Positions 20,259-28,882 of a stretch of 64,000 nucleotides of DNA are shown here, one piece after another (positions within the stretch are counted from its first letter, which is position 1; each line of letters begins with the position of its first letter). The stretch is from contig JBFIHX010000002.1 in NCBI GenBank assembly GCA_041601615.1, positions 128,001 through 192,000 of the forward strand, written 5' to 3'. The notes below the pieces were generated by a model. It saw nothing but the letters and a program-made list of their open reading frames with translations. It was not told where the DNA came from and made no database searches. The translations under genes and the position numbers were made by a program. This DNA is from Thermoplasmatota archaeon. Lineage in GTDB: Archaea > Thermoplasmatota > E2 > JACPAO01 > JAHFTW01.

Positions 20259-21448
20259 GGACCAAGCCCGCCGCCTAGATCCTTGAAGCCACTCGCAGCC
20301 CCTCCTGTGACCGAAGGAATCGCCTGCTCCGAACTGGAGGGCCCTTCGGCAACGCCGGCCTGCTCCGCGTACAGGATGCAGCAACCGCCGTAGCGAGCCG
20401 TGCCCTGTGCTACCCGCACCTCCATGAATTCGACCCCGCCCGGCGCGGCTCGCACTTCGCCCTCCCAGGGAAAATAGCCCTCCGCGTAGAGGTAGAGTTG
20501 CGTCAAACCGCTGCGCACCGCCGCTCGAAACGAGCCATCTGCGTCCGTCTTGGCCACCGCCCATCCATAGGAATCTTGGTTGCCAAATCCAATCTCGACA
20601 CCCGGCATCGGAGCACCCGTGGCCGCATCAAGCACATATCCCTCAATGGTCGCATCCGGCCCGGGTCGTGCCGGGAGATCCACGTCCATGCGCGTCGTCT
20701 GGCCCGCAGGCAAATCCACCACGCGCACATGCGAGTAATACTCAGGACCCTCATCGCGCCAGGATTCATGATAGAACCGAACAATGCTGTACCCGGGCGT
20801 GATATCGCCGGCAAACCGTCCGTCGCTTTGCACCTCAATGGCGCAGCCGGCAAAAAAATCAGGTACCGGGGACGCAATGAGTTCCGCCGAAGCAGACCCC
20901 ACAATACTCGGTGCGCCAGGCTCCTCAATCGGCCGTGGAACGGGCGGCTGTTCGCCCTCGACGAAACTGCACTCGTAGATTCCATACTCGGGATTCTGCA
21001 CACTGACCGACACGGAACGCAACGGCGAACCGGCACCCATCACTTGGCCCTCGATGCGCGCGGTTTTCGCGGGATACTTCAGAACGTCGATCACTATGTT
21101 TTGGTCGCCGGCCACAACAAGTTCGCGCCACTCGGAAGTGTAGCCTTCGCGCCAAACTTGGAGACTGGCTTGCCCCACGCGCACCGGGAGCATGAACTGT
21201 CCGGCGTCGTCGCTCGTGGCGTTTGCTTCCCGGAAGGTCCCGTCAATGACATCGCAGCTCTCTTGTCCGTCCGATTGGACCCGACATTCCACGGCGCCGT
21301 ATTGGTAGAGCCAGACCAACGCGCCAGAGACAGGCACTTCCTCTTGGTCGAGGACCATGCCGGTGAGGGTGAAGTCCTGGGCTGAAGCGGTCGATAACGC
21401 GAACAGTAGGATTGCCACAACAGACGCCCGAAGCACGGACCGGTCCAT
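20138..21448 (-). CDS. Surface protein with carboxypeptidase-regulatory-like beta-sandwich repeats and a C-terminal anchor
   Basis: Signal peptide; G.VLD...P..GA.V / TD..G.F repeats; C-terminus ESPA-TM-RR. Confidence 0.8.
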   Translation of the reverse strand: MDRSVLRASVVAILLFALSTASAQDFTLTGMVLDQEEVPVSGALVWLYQYGAVECRVQSDGQESCDVIDGTFREANATSDDAGQFMLPVRVGQASLQVWREGYTSEWRELVVAGDQNIVIDVLKYPAKTARIEGQVMGAGSPLRSVSVSVQNPEYGIYECSFVEGEQPPVPRPIEEPGAPSIVGSASAELIASPVPDFFAGCAIEVQSDGRFAGDITPGYSIVRFYHESWRDEGPEYYSHVRVVDLPAGQTTRMDVDLPARPGPDATIEGYVLDAATGAPMPGVEIGFGNQDSYGWAVAKTDADGSFRAAVRSGLTQLYLYAEGYFPWEGEVRAAPGGVEFMEVRVAQGTARYGGCCILYAEQAGVAEGPSSSEQAIPSVTGGAASGFKDLGGGLGPYSAYTQGGKEEPAEESPAAFVLLMVAVLVAGVAWSRRED

Positions 21449-21665
21449 GCGCGCAGGACGGGAGCGTGCCGGGTTGAGGCGATTCCCCACGACGGGCGGT
21501 CAAGGCGCTTGGCGGGCGCCGGGTCAATCCATGAAGTCCGACAGTCTTCGCTCGGAGGGTGCTCTGAGCGCCGCCATTTGCGAGAGAAGCATCGGGTGCC
21601 GACCCTTTGAACACCAAGTTCGACGAGCTGAGCCTGCCCCGCTTCATTCCACATTCCAGCACGCC

Positions 21666-21694
21666 GAGTTTAAACTCAAATCGAGTTTAAACTC
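21666..21694. promoter_or_regulatory. Twin perfect 12-bp palindrome GAGTTTAAACTC-N5-GAGTTTAAACTC
   Basis: Copies at 21666-21677 and 21683-21694, in an intergenic gap; function unknown. Confidence 0.65.
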
Positions 21695-21717
21695 CGGCCC
21701 GACACAACGCGAATGAA

Positions 21718-23058
21718 CTACGCCCGCCCAAACACACCAAGCGGTCCGAGCACGTCTTGGACGAAGTGGTGCCCGCGCACGCCGAGGGCGCCCGACTCGT
21801 ACACGACACCTTCGTGGACAATGATGTCCCAGACATTGGTGCCGGGTTCTCGGTCGAAGCCCAGCACGGCGGGAGCGAATTGTAGCTTGGGCGTGCTGAT
21901 GTCGAGCACAAAGATGCCAAGGCCATAGTGGGCGAGGTACACCTTGCCGTCTTCGACCTGAATGTTGTGGGTGCTGGTGATTTCCTCGCCGGGGACCATG
22001 TCGCGGCCGGCGGGGGCTTGATCGGGGTTTTCCCAAGTACCTAGGAGTTTGATGTCGGCGGGATTGGTGGTGTCCCAGACGTAGACGATGCTGCGGTCGG
22101 TGCCAAGAACGTAGTGCGTGCCGCCCACGACCGCGAATCCTACTTCGACGCTGCCGACGGTGATGCGTCGGTCGCCGATCCAGTCGGTCACGGTGGTGTG
22201 CAGGTTGCCCTCGTGTCCTTCAGGGAAGGCATTCCATCCTCCCAGTTCCACGGGTGCCGCGGGGTCGGTGACGTCGACGATGCGCAATCCCGCGTCCCAG
22301 TAACTGACATACATCAAGGTGCGGCCGTCGGGCTCGTTCATGACAAACATGTCGTGCGCGTAAAGCTGGTAGTATGCGTCCAGAACCTCAGGGTCGCGGT
22401 TGACGTCGGTCACCGGGTTGGCTGCGTATCGGCTGACCTCGTGCAGGGTTCCCGTTTCGCGATCAAAGTGGTTGATGCTGATGTCCGCGTTGGCGCCGAA
22501 CACCCACTCCGTGCCATCGGGTTGCTGGTGGTAGAACACCATATGCGGGCCGCGCAGAGGGCCGACGGGGAGGTAGGAGACGATCTTGGGCGCGGTCTTG
22601 TCGGCAAAATCCAGGACATAGAAGCCGCCGGCGCGCAGAGGTGTTCCGCCAAGGGGGGCCATGCTCAGTTGTTCGTCGTTGCCCACGAATGCCCACATGC
22701 CGTCGTCGCTCACTTTCACGTCCTTGGCTCCGGGAACGTCAATGCTGGAAACCGTCTCCAGGCCCAAGGACCCGTCGGCGTTCCAAGTGCGCTCTAGGAT
22801 GTAGATGGTGCTGCCACGGTCCACGAACACGTAGTCGCCCCAGGCGTCCACTTCCTCGCCGCCGCCTTCGCCCCAAATGCCTAGGTGGTGCATATTGGCC
22901 GAGACGTTGCCCCCGGACCAAGCCGCAAGCACGTCTTCCAGCACAATTGCCGGAGGGCGCTTGCCAAGGTCATCTTGATTGTCGGAGTCGCCTTCGTCGT
23001 CAAGGCACCCCGCCAGGGTGGTTAATCCGAGGACTGCAACAAGCATCCAGGAGCGCAT
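21718..23058 (-). CDS. LVIVD-repeat lipoprotein
   Basis: LAGC lipobox; GLRIVDVTDPAAP, GIFVLDISTP, HDM/HT/HN His motifs. Confidence 0.85.
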   Translation of the reverse strand: MRSWMLVAVLGLTTLAGCLDDEGDSDNQDDLGKRPPAIVLEDVLAAWSGGNVSANMHHLGIWGEGGGEEVDAWGDYVFVDRGSTIYILERTWNADGSLGLETVSSIDVPGAKDVKVSDDGMWAFVGNDEQLSMAPLGGTPLRAGGFYVLDFADKTAPKIVSYLPVGPLRGPHMVFYHQQPDGTEWVFGANADISINHFDRETGTLHEVSRYAANPVTDVNRDPEVLDAYYQLYAHDMFVMNEPDGRTLMYVSYWDAGLRIVDVTDPAAPVELGGWNAFPEGHEGNLHTTVTDWIGDRRITVGSVEVGFAVVGGTHYVLGTDRSIVYVWDTTNPADIKLLGTWENPDQAPAGRDMVPGEEITSTHNIQVEDGKVYLAHYGLGIFVLDISTPKLQFAPAVLGFDREPGTNVWDIIVHEGVVYESGALGVRGHHFVQDVLGPLGVFGRA

Positions 23059-23135
23059 GGGCGCTCGACGACGGGCCCAGTTGATGAGTATTGTCGTGGG
23101 CTAGCAGCGAAACAAGGTCCGCCGGGCCAACCAGG

Positions 23136-23450
23136 TCAACGCTGAACTCGAAAGTCCACGAACGAACCCTGGGCAGTTTCGTCCTCCGCGTGCACCGCCG
23201 TCACCACGGCCCGTTCTGGCCCATGGCGGCACCAAGCAAGCCATTGATCCACGGCAGCAGCCGGTCCCTCCGCCACCGCCTCCACGCGCCGATCCGGTAA
23301 ATTGCGCACCCAGCCCACGACACCGAGCGCCTCCGCCGCCTTTTTGGTGGACTCGCGAAAGTAGACGCCTTGGACGCGCCCAGAAACCCAGATGTGCACC
23401 CGCTTCTGGCCCGCACCTCCAGGTTCGCCGGGCGCGCCCGCGTCGCTCAA
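23136..23450 (-). CDS. acyP: Acylphosphatase
   Basis: GRVQGVYFR, GWVRNLPDRRVEAVAEG. TTG start overlapping the mscS stop is inferred. Confidence 0.92.
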   Translation of the reverse strand: MSDAGAPGEPGGAGQKRVHIWVSGRVQGVYFRESTKKAAEALGVVGWVRNLPDRRVEAVAEGPAAAVDQWLAWCRHGPERAVVTAVHAEDETAQGSFVDFRVQR

Positions 23451-24268
23451 CCAGGCACCTGCCGAACGTGCACGTCGGTCTGGGGATACGGAATCGAACA
23501 ACCAGCGTCGGCGATAGCCTTCTTCACGGTCTCATGCAGGTCCGCCTTGGTCTGCCAGAAATCCCCCGTCTGCACCCACGGCCGCACTTGCAAATCGACG
23601 CTGCTGGCGCCGAGCCCTGTGATGCGCACACTCGGAGCCGGATCCGAGAGCACCCTGGAGTCGGACGCGACAGCCGCGAGAATGGCGCGCGTGGCAGCAC
23701 CAATATCGTCGTCGTAGCCGATGCCCACCATCACGTCCGCCCGTCGCTTGTCGTTGCGCGTGTGGTTGATGATGGTGCCCCCAAGCACATTGCCATTCGG
23801 GAGCGTAATGATGCGACCGTCCGCCGCCTTCAGCGTCGTGAGCGCGAGGCCCAAATCCACCACGTCGCCATCTTGGCCCGCCACGGTGATGGTGTCGCCT
23901 ACGTTGAACGGCCGGTAGAACAAGAGCATCACGCCCGCCGCGAGGTTGCCAAGCGTATCCTTGAGCGCGAAGCCTATGACGAAGCCGCCGATGGCAAGCC
24001 CGCCAAGCATCGCCCCCACGTTGACCCCAGCGACGCCGAGTGTGAAGACAACCACGAGCGCCCAACCGACCACATCCACGATGGTGTCCAGGAAGCTTCG
24101 CAGCGTTGCGTCGATGCGCTTCTCCCGTTGCAATGCGCTGTCGACAGTCTTGACGACGATCTTCAGGAAAAAATACCCCGCAATCAGGGTCAGGGCGACC
24201 AATGTGGCGCGCTGGCTCCAGCCGGGGAGGGCCTGGAAGCCCGTCTGGAGGTCTGATAGGAACGTCAT
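23447..24268 (-). CDS. mscS: Small-conductance mechanosensitive channel
   Basis: IGFALKDTLGNLAAG, RPFNVGD, LPN, GIGYDDD, IPYPQ. Confidence 0.92.
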   Translation of the reverse strand: MTFLSDLQTGFQALPGWSQRATLVALTLIAGYFFLKIVVKTVDSALQREKRIDATLRSFLDTIVDVVGWALVVVFTLGVAGVNVGAMLGGLAIGGFVIGFALKDTLGNLAAGVMLLFYRPFNVGDTITVAGQDGDVVDLGLALTTLKAADGRIITLPNGNVLGGTIINHTRNDKRRADVMVGIGYDDDIGAATRAILAAVASDSRVLSDPAPSVRITGLGASSVDLQVRPWVQTGDFWQTKADLHETVKKAIADAGCSIPYPQTDVHVRQVPG

Positions 24269-24402
24269 TGTCGGGCCAATGAGGCTACGGGTAAGAGGCT
24301 GGTGGGCGGCTGCGCCGTGTCAGTCATGCCGCATTCATCCCCAGTCTTGCTTTTTGTAGGCGATGCTCATGCAGCGCCGGCCAAACACGGCCGGTGAATT
24401 CC

Positions 24403-24612
24403 ATGAAGACCTCAGCCCTCCTCGTAGCAAGCCTGCTCCTGATCGGCGCCATCGCAGTGACCCCGAGCGCCAGCGCCATCGACTGTAGCCAGTCCCCGAA
24501 TGTGGTTCGCGCAACGTGCGATACCGCGCAAGCCGCCATCGACAACTACCTGCCCATCCTTGTGTGCATTCTGTTCGACGAGGGCCCGGCAAACTGGGGC
24601 AAGTGCCTCTAA
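24403..24612 (+). CDS. Small secreted 4-Cys peptide (P1)
   Basis: Signal MKTSALLVASLLLIGAIAVTPSASA; mature part has C-x10-C ... C-x12-C; fills an intergenic gap. Confidence 0.75.
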   Translation: MKTSALLVASLLLIGAIAVTPSASAIDCSQSPNVVRATCDTAQAAIDNYLPILVCILFDEGPANWGKCL

Positions 24613-24696
24613 TCCTGCCGACTCTGGCACTCTTCCCCTCTCTCCATTTTGCTGATGGCTTGCGCCGAGCCGGACTCATCCGGCACCCTTGACGCC

Positions 24697-25953
24697 TCAG
24701 ACCAACCGCGTCGCCAGCAAATCATCACTGGCGTGGTACACCCATCCATCGTAGTACATGGAGTCCCAAGTGCTTCCTTGTGGCGGCTGCACATCGAGCA
24801 CCGTGGGGGCGGCTAGGTCCGTGAAATCCACAAGCACGGTGCCGCCTTCGTACCAGCCCATGACGAACGCTTCGTGCCCGGGGATGATGTCTCCAAAGTG
24901 GGCACCGCAGTTGCCTTCGAGGGGGCTTGGCGGGGCTCCGTCTCCGCTCCAGCCGCTTGGGTTTTGGACGTATGCCTTCTGGACGGGGCTGGTTTCGTCG
25001 CTGATGTCGTAGATCCATGCAGCAGCGAGGGGAACTTGGTCTTCGCTGCCAACTCCGGGGATGTCTGCGTCCATGCAGTTGTTTGCGCCGGCGGGCACGT
25101 TGGGCAGGAAGGGCCCCACGTATTCGTCGTTGATGATGAGCACGGTGCCGGCGTCGTTTGCGAACGCTTGGTGGTGGTACTTGATGCGCGGGTCGTCGAT
25201 GGCAGAGAGCCAGACGGGGGCGAGCGGGTCTGTGATGTCCCAGATGAAGGTCTCGCCACCAAGGCCGTAGTATTTGCCTCCGCCACCGGCACAGTAGGCG
25301 CGGTTCAAGTCCACTCGTACGCTGATGTCGTGGCAGCCGTTGCTTTCGACCACGGTCGTGCCGATGAGGCGCGGAATCGGGAAGCTGTGCGACACGGGGG
25401 CAGCGGGGTCCGTGATGTCGAGCACGTCGACGCGGTACAGGTCGCCGCTGGAGCCGCTGCTGTAGGCGTAGGGCGTGCCGGGTACGGCCGCGAGGTTGTG
25501 CACGCCTCCGGAGGGGAGCGTCGTGGTGGACACGAGCACGAGGTCACGGGGGTCCGTGGCGTCCACGATGTGCACGCCGTTGCCGCCGCCCGCCAGGAGC
25601 GCATAGGTGCGACCTTGCCATTCGAGCACGTCCACGTCGCGGGCGCCATTGATGCTCGTAAGGTTGCCAAGAATCACGACGTTTTGCGCGTCGCGTGCGT
25701 CAGCGGTCCAGAGTTCGCCGCCGTTGGTCCAGAACAAGACCCCCTGGTGCAGCCAAATGCCTTGGCCGCCGCCGGGCATTTCCTTCGACACCGTCTCGCC
25801 GAATTGGCTGAACGAAACAGGCGGAAGGAGTTCGCCTGCAATGCCGGTGTAGATGGGGTCTGGACCGGTGTCGACGGGGCCCGTGGCGTCGTTGTCGAGG
25901 CAACCTGCGAGGGTGCCGACGGCGAGAACGAGGAGGACCGTGATGGCGCGCAT
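24697..25953 (-). CDS. LVIVD-repeat lipoprotein
   Basis: MRAITVLLVLAVGTLAGC; GVHIVDATDP, VLDITDPAAP, GCHD, YHHQ, CGAHFG, GTVLVDFTD. Confidence 0.85.
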   Translation of the reverse strand: MRAITVLLVLAVGTLAGCLDNDATGPVDTGPDPIYTGIAGELLPPVSFSQFGETVSKEMPGGGQGIWLHQGVLFWTNGGELWTADARDAQNVVILGNLTSINGARDVDVLEWQGRTYALLAGGGNGVHIVDATDPRDLVLVSTTTLPSGGVHNLAAVPGTPYAYSSGSSGDLYRVDVLDITDPAAPVSHSFPIPRLIGTTVVESNGCHDISVRVDLNRAYCAGGGGKYYGLGGETFIWDITDPLAPVWLSAIDDPRIKYHHQAFANDAGTVLIINDEYVGPFLPNVPAGANNCMDADIPGVGSEDQVPLAAAWIYDISDETSPVQKAYVQNPSGWSGDGAPPSPLEGNCGAHFGDIIPGHEAFVMGWYEGGTVLVDFTDLAAPTVLDVQPPQGSTWDSMYYDGWVYHASDDLLATRLV

Positions 25954-26054
25954 GCGGGAGCGGGTGGGTTCGAGGAGCTTAGGGATTGTGGCGGTGCCTG
26001 TGCGGGGGAGTGAATTGGAGACAACTCTGAACGCTTTGAGTCCGATTGGTCCCA

Positions 26055-26258
26055 ATGCGTGGATGGACTCTCGCCATCTTTGCCCGATTCGTCCTGCGGA
26101 TGGTTGCGCCAGCTGCTACTGCGGAGACCTCTATGTGTACAACAGTGGAGCGTTTGGGCTCGGGCATCAATGCCAGGTACAGTCCATACCCTCCGCCCTC
26201 TGCGTGGGTCCAGGTGCTAGATTACCGGGTGACGGTGATACCCTTCGAATGCTTGTAA
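26055..26258 (+). CDS. Possible small secreted 2-Cys peptide (P2)
   Basis: Signal-like MRGWTLAIFARFVLRMVAPAATA, then ETSMC...FECL; fits the gap between two genes; the h-region is interrupted by Arg. Confidence 0.4.
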   Translation: MRGWTLAIFARFVLRMVAPAATAETSMCTTVERLGSGINARYSPYPPPSAWVQVLDYRVTVIPFECL

Positions 26259-26266
26259 GACGCCGT

Positions 26267-27037
26267 TTATGCGCGCACCACATCCCGCACACTTGCCTGA
26301 TCCGTCGGATACAACACCAACTCTTGCACGTTGACGTGTCCAGGGCGGCCAACGCACCATAGGATGGTCTCCGCCACGTCCGCCGCCGTGAGCGCTCGCG
26401 TGTCCGAGTACACTGCCGCCGCTCGTTCCTTGTCGCCGTGGAAGCGCACCTCGGAGAATTCGGTTTCTACGAGGCCGGGTTCGATGTTGGTGACGCGAAG
26501 TCCAGTGCCTTGCGCGTCGAGTCGGATGCCTTCACTCAGAGCCCGCACTGCGAATTTGCTGGCACAGTACACGGCGCCGCCGGGGTAGGTCCAGCGGCCG
26601 GCGACACTGCCCAGGTTCACGAGGTGTCCTTTGCGCTTGATGAGGTTGGGCAGCGCCTTTCTCGTGATGTAGAGAAGCCCCTTGACGTTGACGTCGATCA
26701 TTTGCTCCCAGTCGTCGACACTCGCTGCTTGGATGGGGTCGGTGCCGCGTGCGAGGCCTGCATTGTTGACAAGAATGTCCACGTCGAACACTTCCGGGTG
26801 CTTGGCAGCTATGCGATCCACGGCGGTGCGATCGCTTACATCCAGGACGACGGGGGTGACGTGCGCGGCGTGCTCGTCTGCCCATTTCGCGGCGAGTTCT
26901 TGGAGCCGATCTTCGCGTCGGCCGACCAAGAAGACGTGGCTGGCGCCGGCCGCACAGAACGCTTCGGCGGTTGCTGCTCCGATGCCTGCGGTGGCTCCGG
27001 TGACGAGGACTCGGCGGCCTTGGACGGGGTGTCGCAC
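26267..27037 (-). CDS. SDR oxidoreductase (YdfG-like, NADP-dependent)
   Basis: TGATAGIG, NNAGLARG, YCASK, IEPGLVETEFSEVRF. Confidence 0.92.
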   Translation of the reverse strand: MRHPVQGRRVLVTGATAGIGAATAEAFCAAGASHVFLVGRREDRLQELAAKWADEHAAHVTPVVLDVSDRTAVDRIAAKHPEVFDVDILVNNAGLARGTDPIQAASVDDWEQMIDVNVKGLLYITRKALPNLIKRKGHLVNLGSVAGRWTYPGGAVYCASKFAVRALSEGIRLDAQGTGLRVTNIEPGLVETEFSEVRFHGDKERAAAVYSDTRALTAADVAETILWCVGRPGHVNVQELVLYPTDQASVRDVVRA

Positions 27038-27181
27038 GAGGCGTGGAGTTGTGGTGGGGCTGATGGTCGTTTGGTCCGGGCTCGGCGAAGCTCATCACTT
27101 AGTGTCACAGCGGGGCCCAGGGGGCGGCGGGCACAGGGACATACCCGAGGCCCTATGTGGGAGCGGAGAGTGGACGCATTC

Positions 27182-28141
27182 GTGGGTGTCAACCTTCGTG
27201 ATCTGTTTCCTCCGTACGACGTAGCTGAGAGCTGGTACGACGGGAAGACGATCGCCATCGACGCGCACAATGTCAGCTTCCGGTACCTGACGACCATGCG
27301 GGGCCGCGACGGAGACATGCTCAAAAACGACGACGGGCGCGTCACGGGCCACATGATTGGGTTCATGAATTTGGTTCGCAACTTGCGCTCGCGTGGCGCC
27401 GAACCGGTGCTTGTCTGGGACGGCCCAGTGCACCCACGCAAGCGCGCCACCGTAGACGCCCGCCGTGCCAAGCGCGACGAAACGCTCGCTCGTGCAGAGG
27501 CGGCACAGGCTGCCGGCGACATGCGGGAGTACGCTCGACTCATGCGCGGGACCGTGTACATCACCCCGCAAATGATCAGCGACTGTACGCAACTCATGGA
27601 ATCCGTGGGTGTTGCGGTGGTGACGGCGGACCACGACGGGGAGCGATTTGCCGCCGCTATGTGCTTGGCTGGGCACGCGGACGCTGTTGCCACGGAGGAC
27701 TTTGATGCCCTCGTTGCGGGTGCTCCTGAAGTGCTTCGCAAGGCGGGCGGCGCGGAGCCTTGGCTTCTGAAACTGTCGGACTTGGAGCGCAACAAGATGA
27801 CCCAGGCGCAGCTTCGCCAAGTCGCTGTTCTGTGTGGCACCGATTGGCACCCCGGCGTCAAGGGGTTCGGCGCCAAGACCGCTGTGCGGGCCCTCAAGGA
27901 GTACCCAGATCTGGCCGTGCTGTTTGACGAAGTGGAAGCAGGCCGCAAGGATACCCGCTACCACACCATGGTGGCCAAGTCAGACATGGACGGCGACACA
28001 TTCCGTGCACTGGACCATTTCATCGCCGACTTGCCCGTGCCGGAGGCCCCCAAGCGCGCCAAGCCCTGCCCCGATATGGCGACCGCCGCGGCCGAGGATC
28101 TTGGATTGCAGTCGGCGCGTGTGCTTGGCTGCTTTGTCTAG
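27182..28141 (+). CDS. Flap endonuclease-1 (XPG/FEN1) family nuclease, divergent
   Basis: GTG start gives MGVNLRDL; IAIDAHN, VWDG, DGE, TEDFDAL, GTDW, GVKGFGAKTA (H3TH); no clear C-terminal PIP box. Confidence 0.85.
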   Translation: MGVNLRDLFPPYDVAESWYDGKTIAIDAHNVSFRYLTTMRGRDGDMLKNDDGRVTGHMIGFMNLVRNLRSRGAEPVLVWDGPVHPRKRATVDARRAKRDETLARAEAAQAAGDMREYARLMRGTVYITPQMISDCTQLMESVGVAVVTADHDGERFAAAMCLAGHADAVATEDFDALVAGAPEVLRKAGGAEPWLLKLSDLERNKMTQAQLRQVAVLCGTDWHPGVKGFGAKTAVRALKEYPDLAVLFDEVEAGRKDTRYHTMVAKSDMDGDTFRALDHFIADLPVPEAPKRAKPCPDMATAAAEDLGLQSARVLGCFV

Positions 28142-28268
28142 CGCGCGCCCATGTTCGTACATTGCCGGTCGTGAAATTCAGACTAAGCAAGGCTGGGCGA
28201 GGCGCCGCGATTGCAGCATTCCCTTCGAGAGAATGACGAATTTCGCGTGCGGGGCACCTGAGCTTTCA

Positions 28269-28290
28269 ACCCCTTCATTTCCTGTGGAAC
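28269..28290 (-). promoter_or_regulatory. ORB-like origin recognition box 1
   Basis: Minus strand GTTCCACAGGAAATGAAGGGGT matches the archaeal ORB pattern (TTCCA..GAAA plus G-string). Confidence 0.75.
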
Positions 28291-28552
28291 CCAATGCCGT
28301 CGGCACGTTCCCAGGTTTTATTCGTTGTTTACAAAACAAAAAGAAAGCGAGGAACTGCGGGAAGTCCCTGTTTGAGGCAGTTCATCCCTTGCCCGCAGCC
28401 CGAATGCATCCCATCCGATCGAGAGGCCAACCGAATGTCCCCCGAGGGGGTCCAAATTCCAACAAGCGCGTGGGGTATACAGATTCATTGGTAACTAATG
28501 CGAGGCTTTCAGATGGGACCAGTGGAAGCTCTGTTACCAGTTTCTCTGTAGG

Positions 28553-28574
28553 GTTCCACCGGAAGTCATGGGGT
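28553..28574 (+). promoter_or_regulatory. ORB-like box 2
   Basis: GTTCCACCGGAAGTCATGGGGT; 18/22 identical to box 1, inverted. Confidence 0.7.
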
Positions 28575-28683
28575 CACGCAGGGGTGGGCCTTAGCACCCA
28601 TGCCGAATGCCGGCCAAAGGCGTCGCCTGGCGTGGCGGGCAGCCCCGCCTCAGGCTGCGAGGCCCGCGAATTGTGCGTCGCGC

Positions 28684-28764
28684 CACCACCACCACCACCA
28701 CCACCACCACCACCACCACCACCACCACCACCACCACCACCACCACCACCACCACCACCACCAC
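28684..28764. repeat. Perfect trinucleotide microsatellite (CAC)27
   Basis: 81 bp of uninterrupted CAC repeats read directly. Confidence 0.95.
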
Positions 28765-28882
28765 AAAGCAGGGAACCAAGCCACAGCGGCTATGGCCCGA
28801 GGACCCAAGGGCGTCAGGAAGCCCCTCCGACGCCACAACCCAAGGGGCGACAGCCATCAAGGGGTCACCCCATCCTGCAGCC

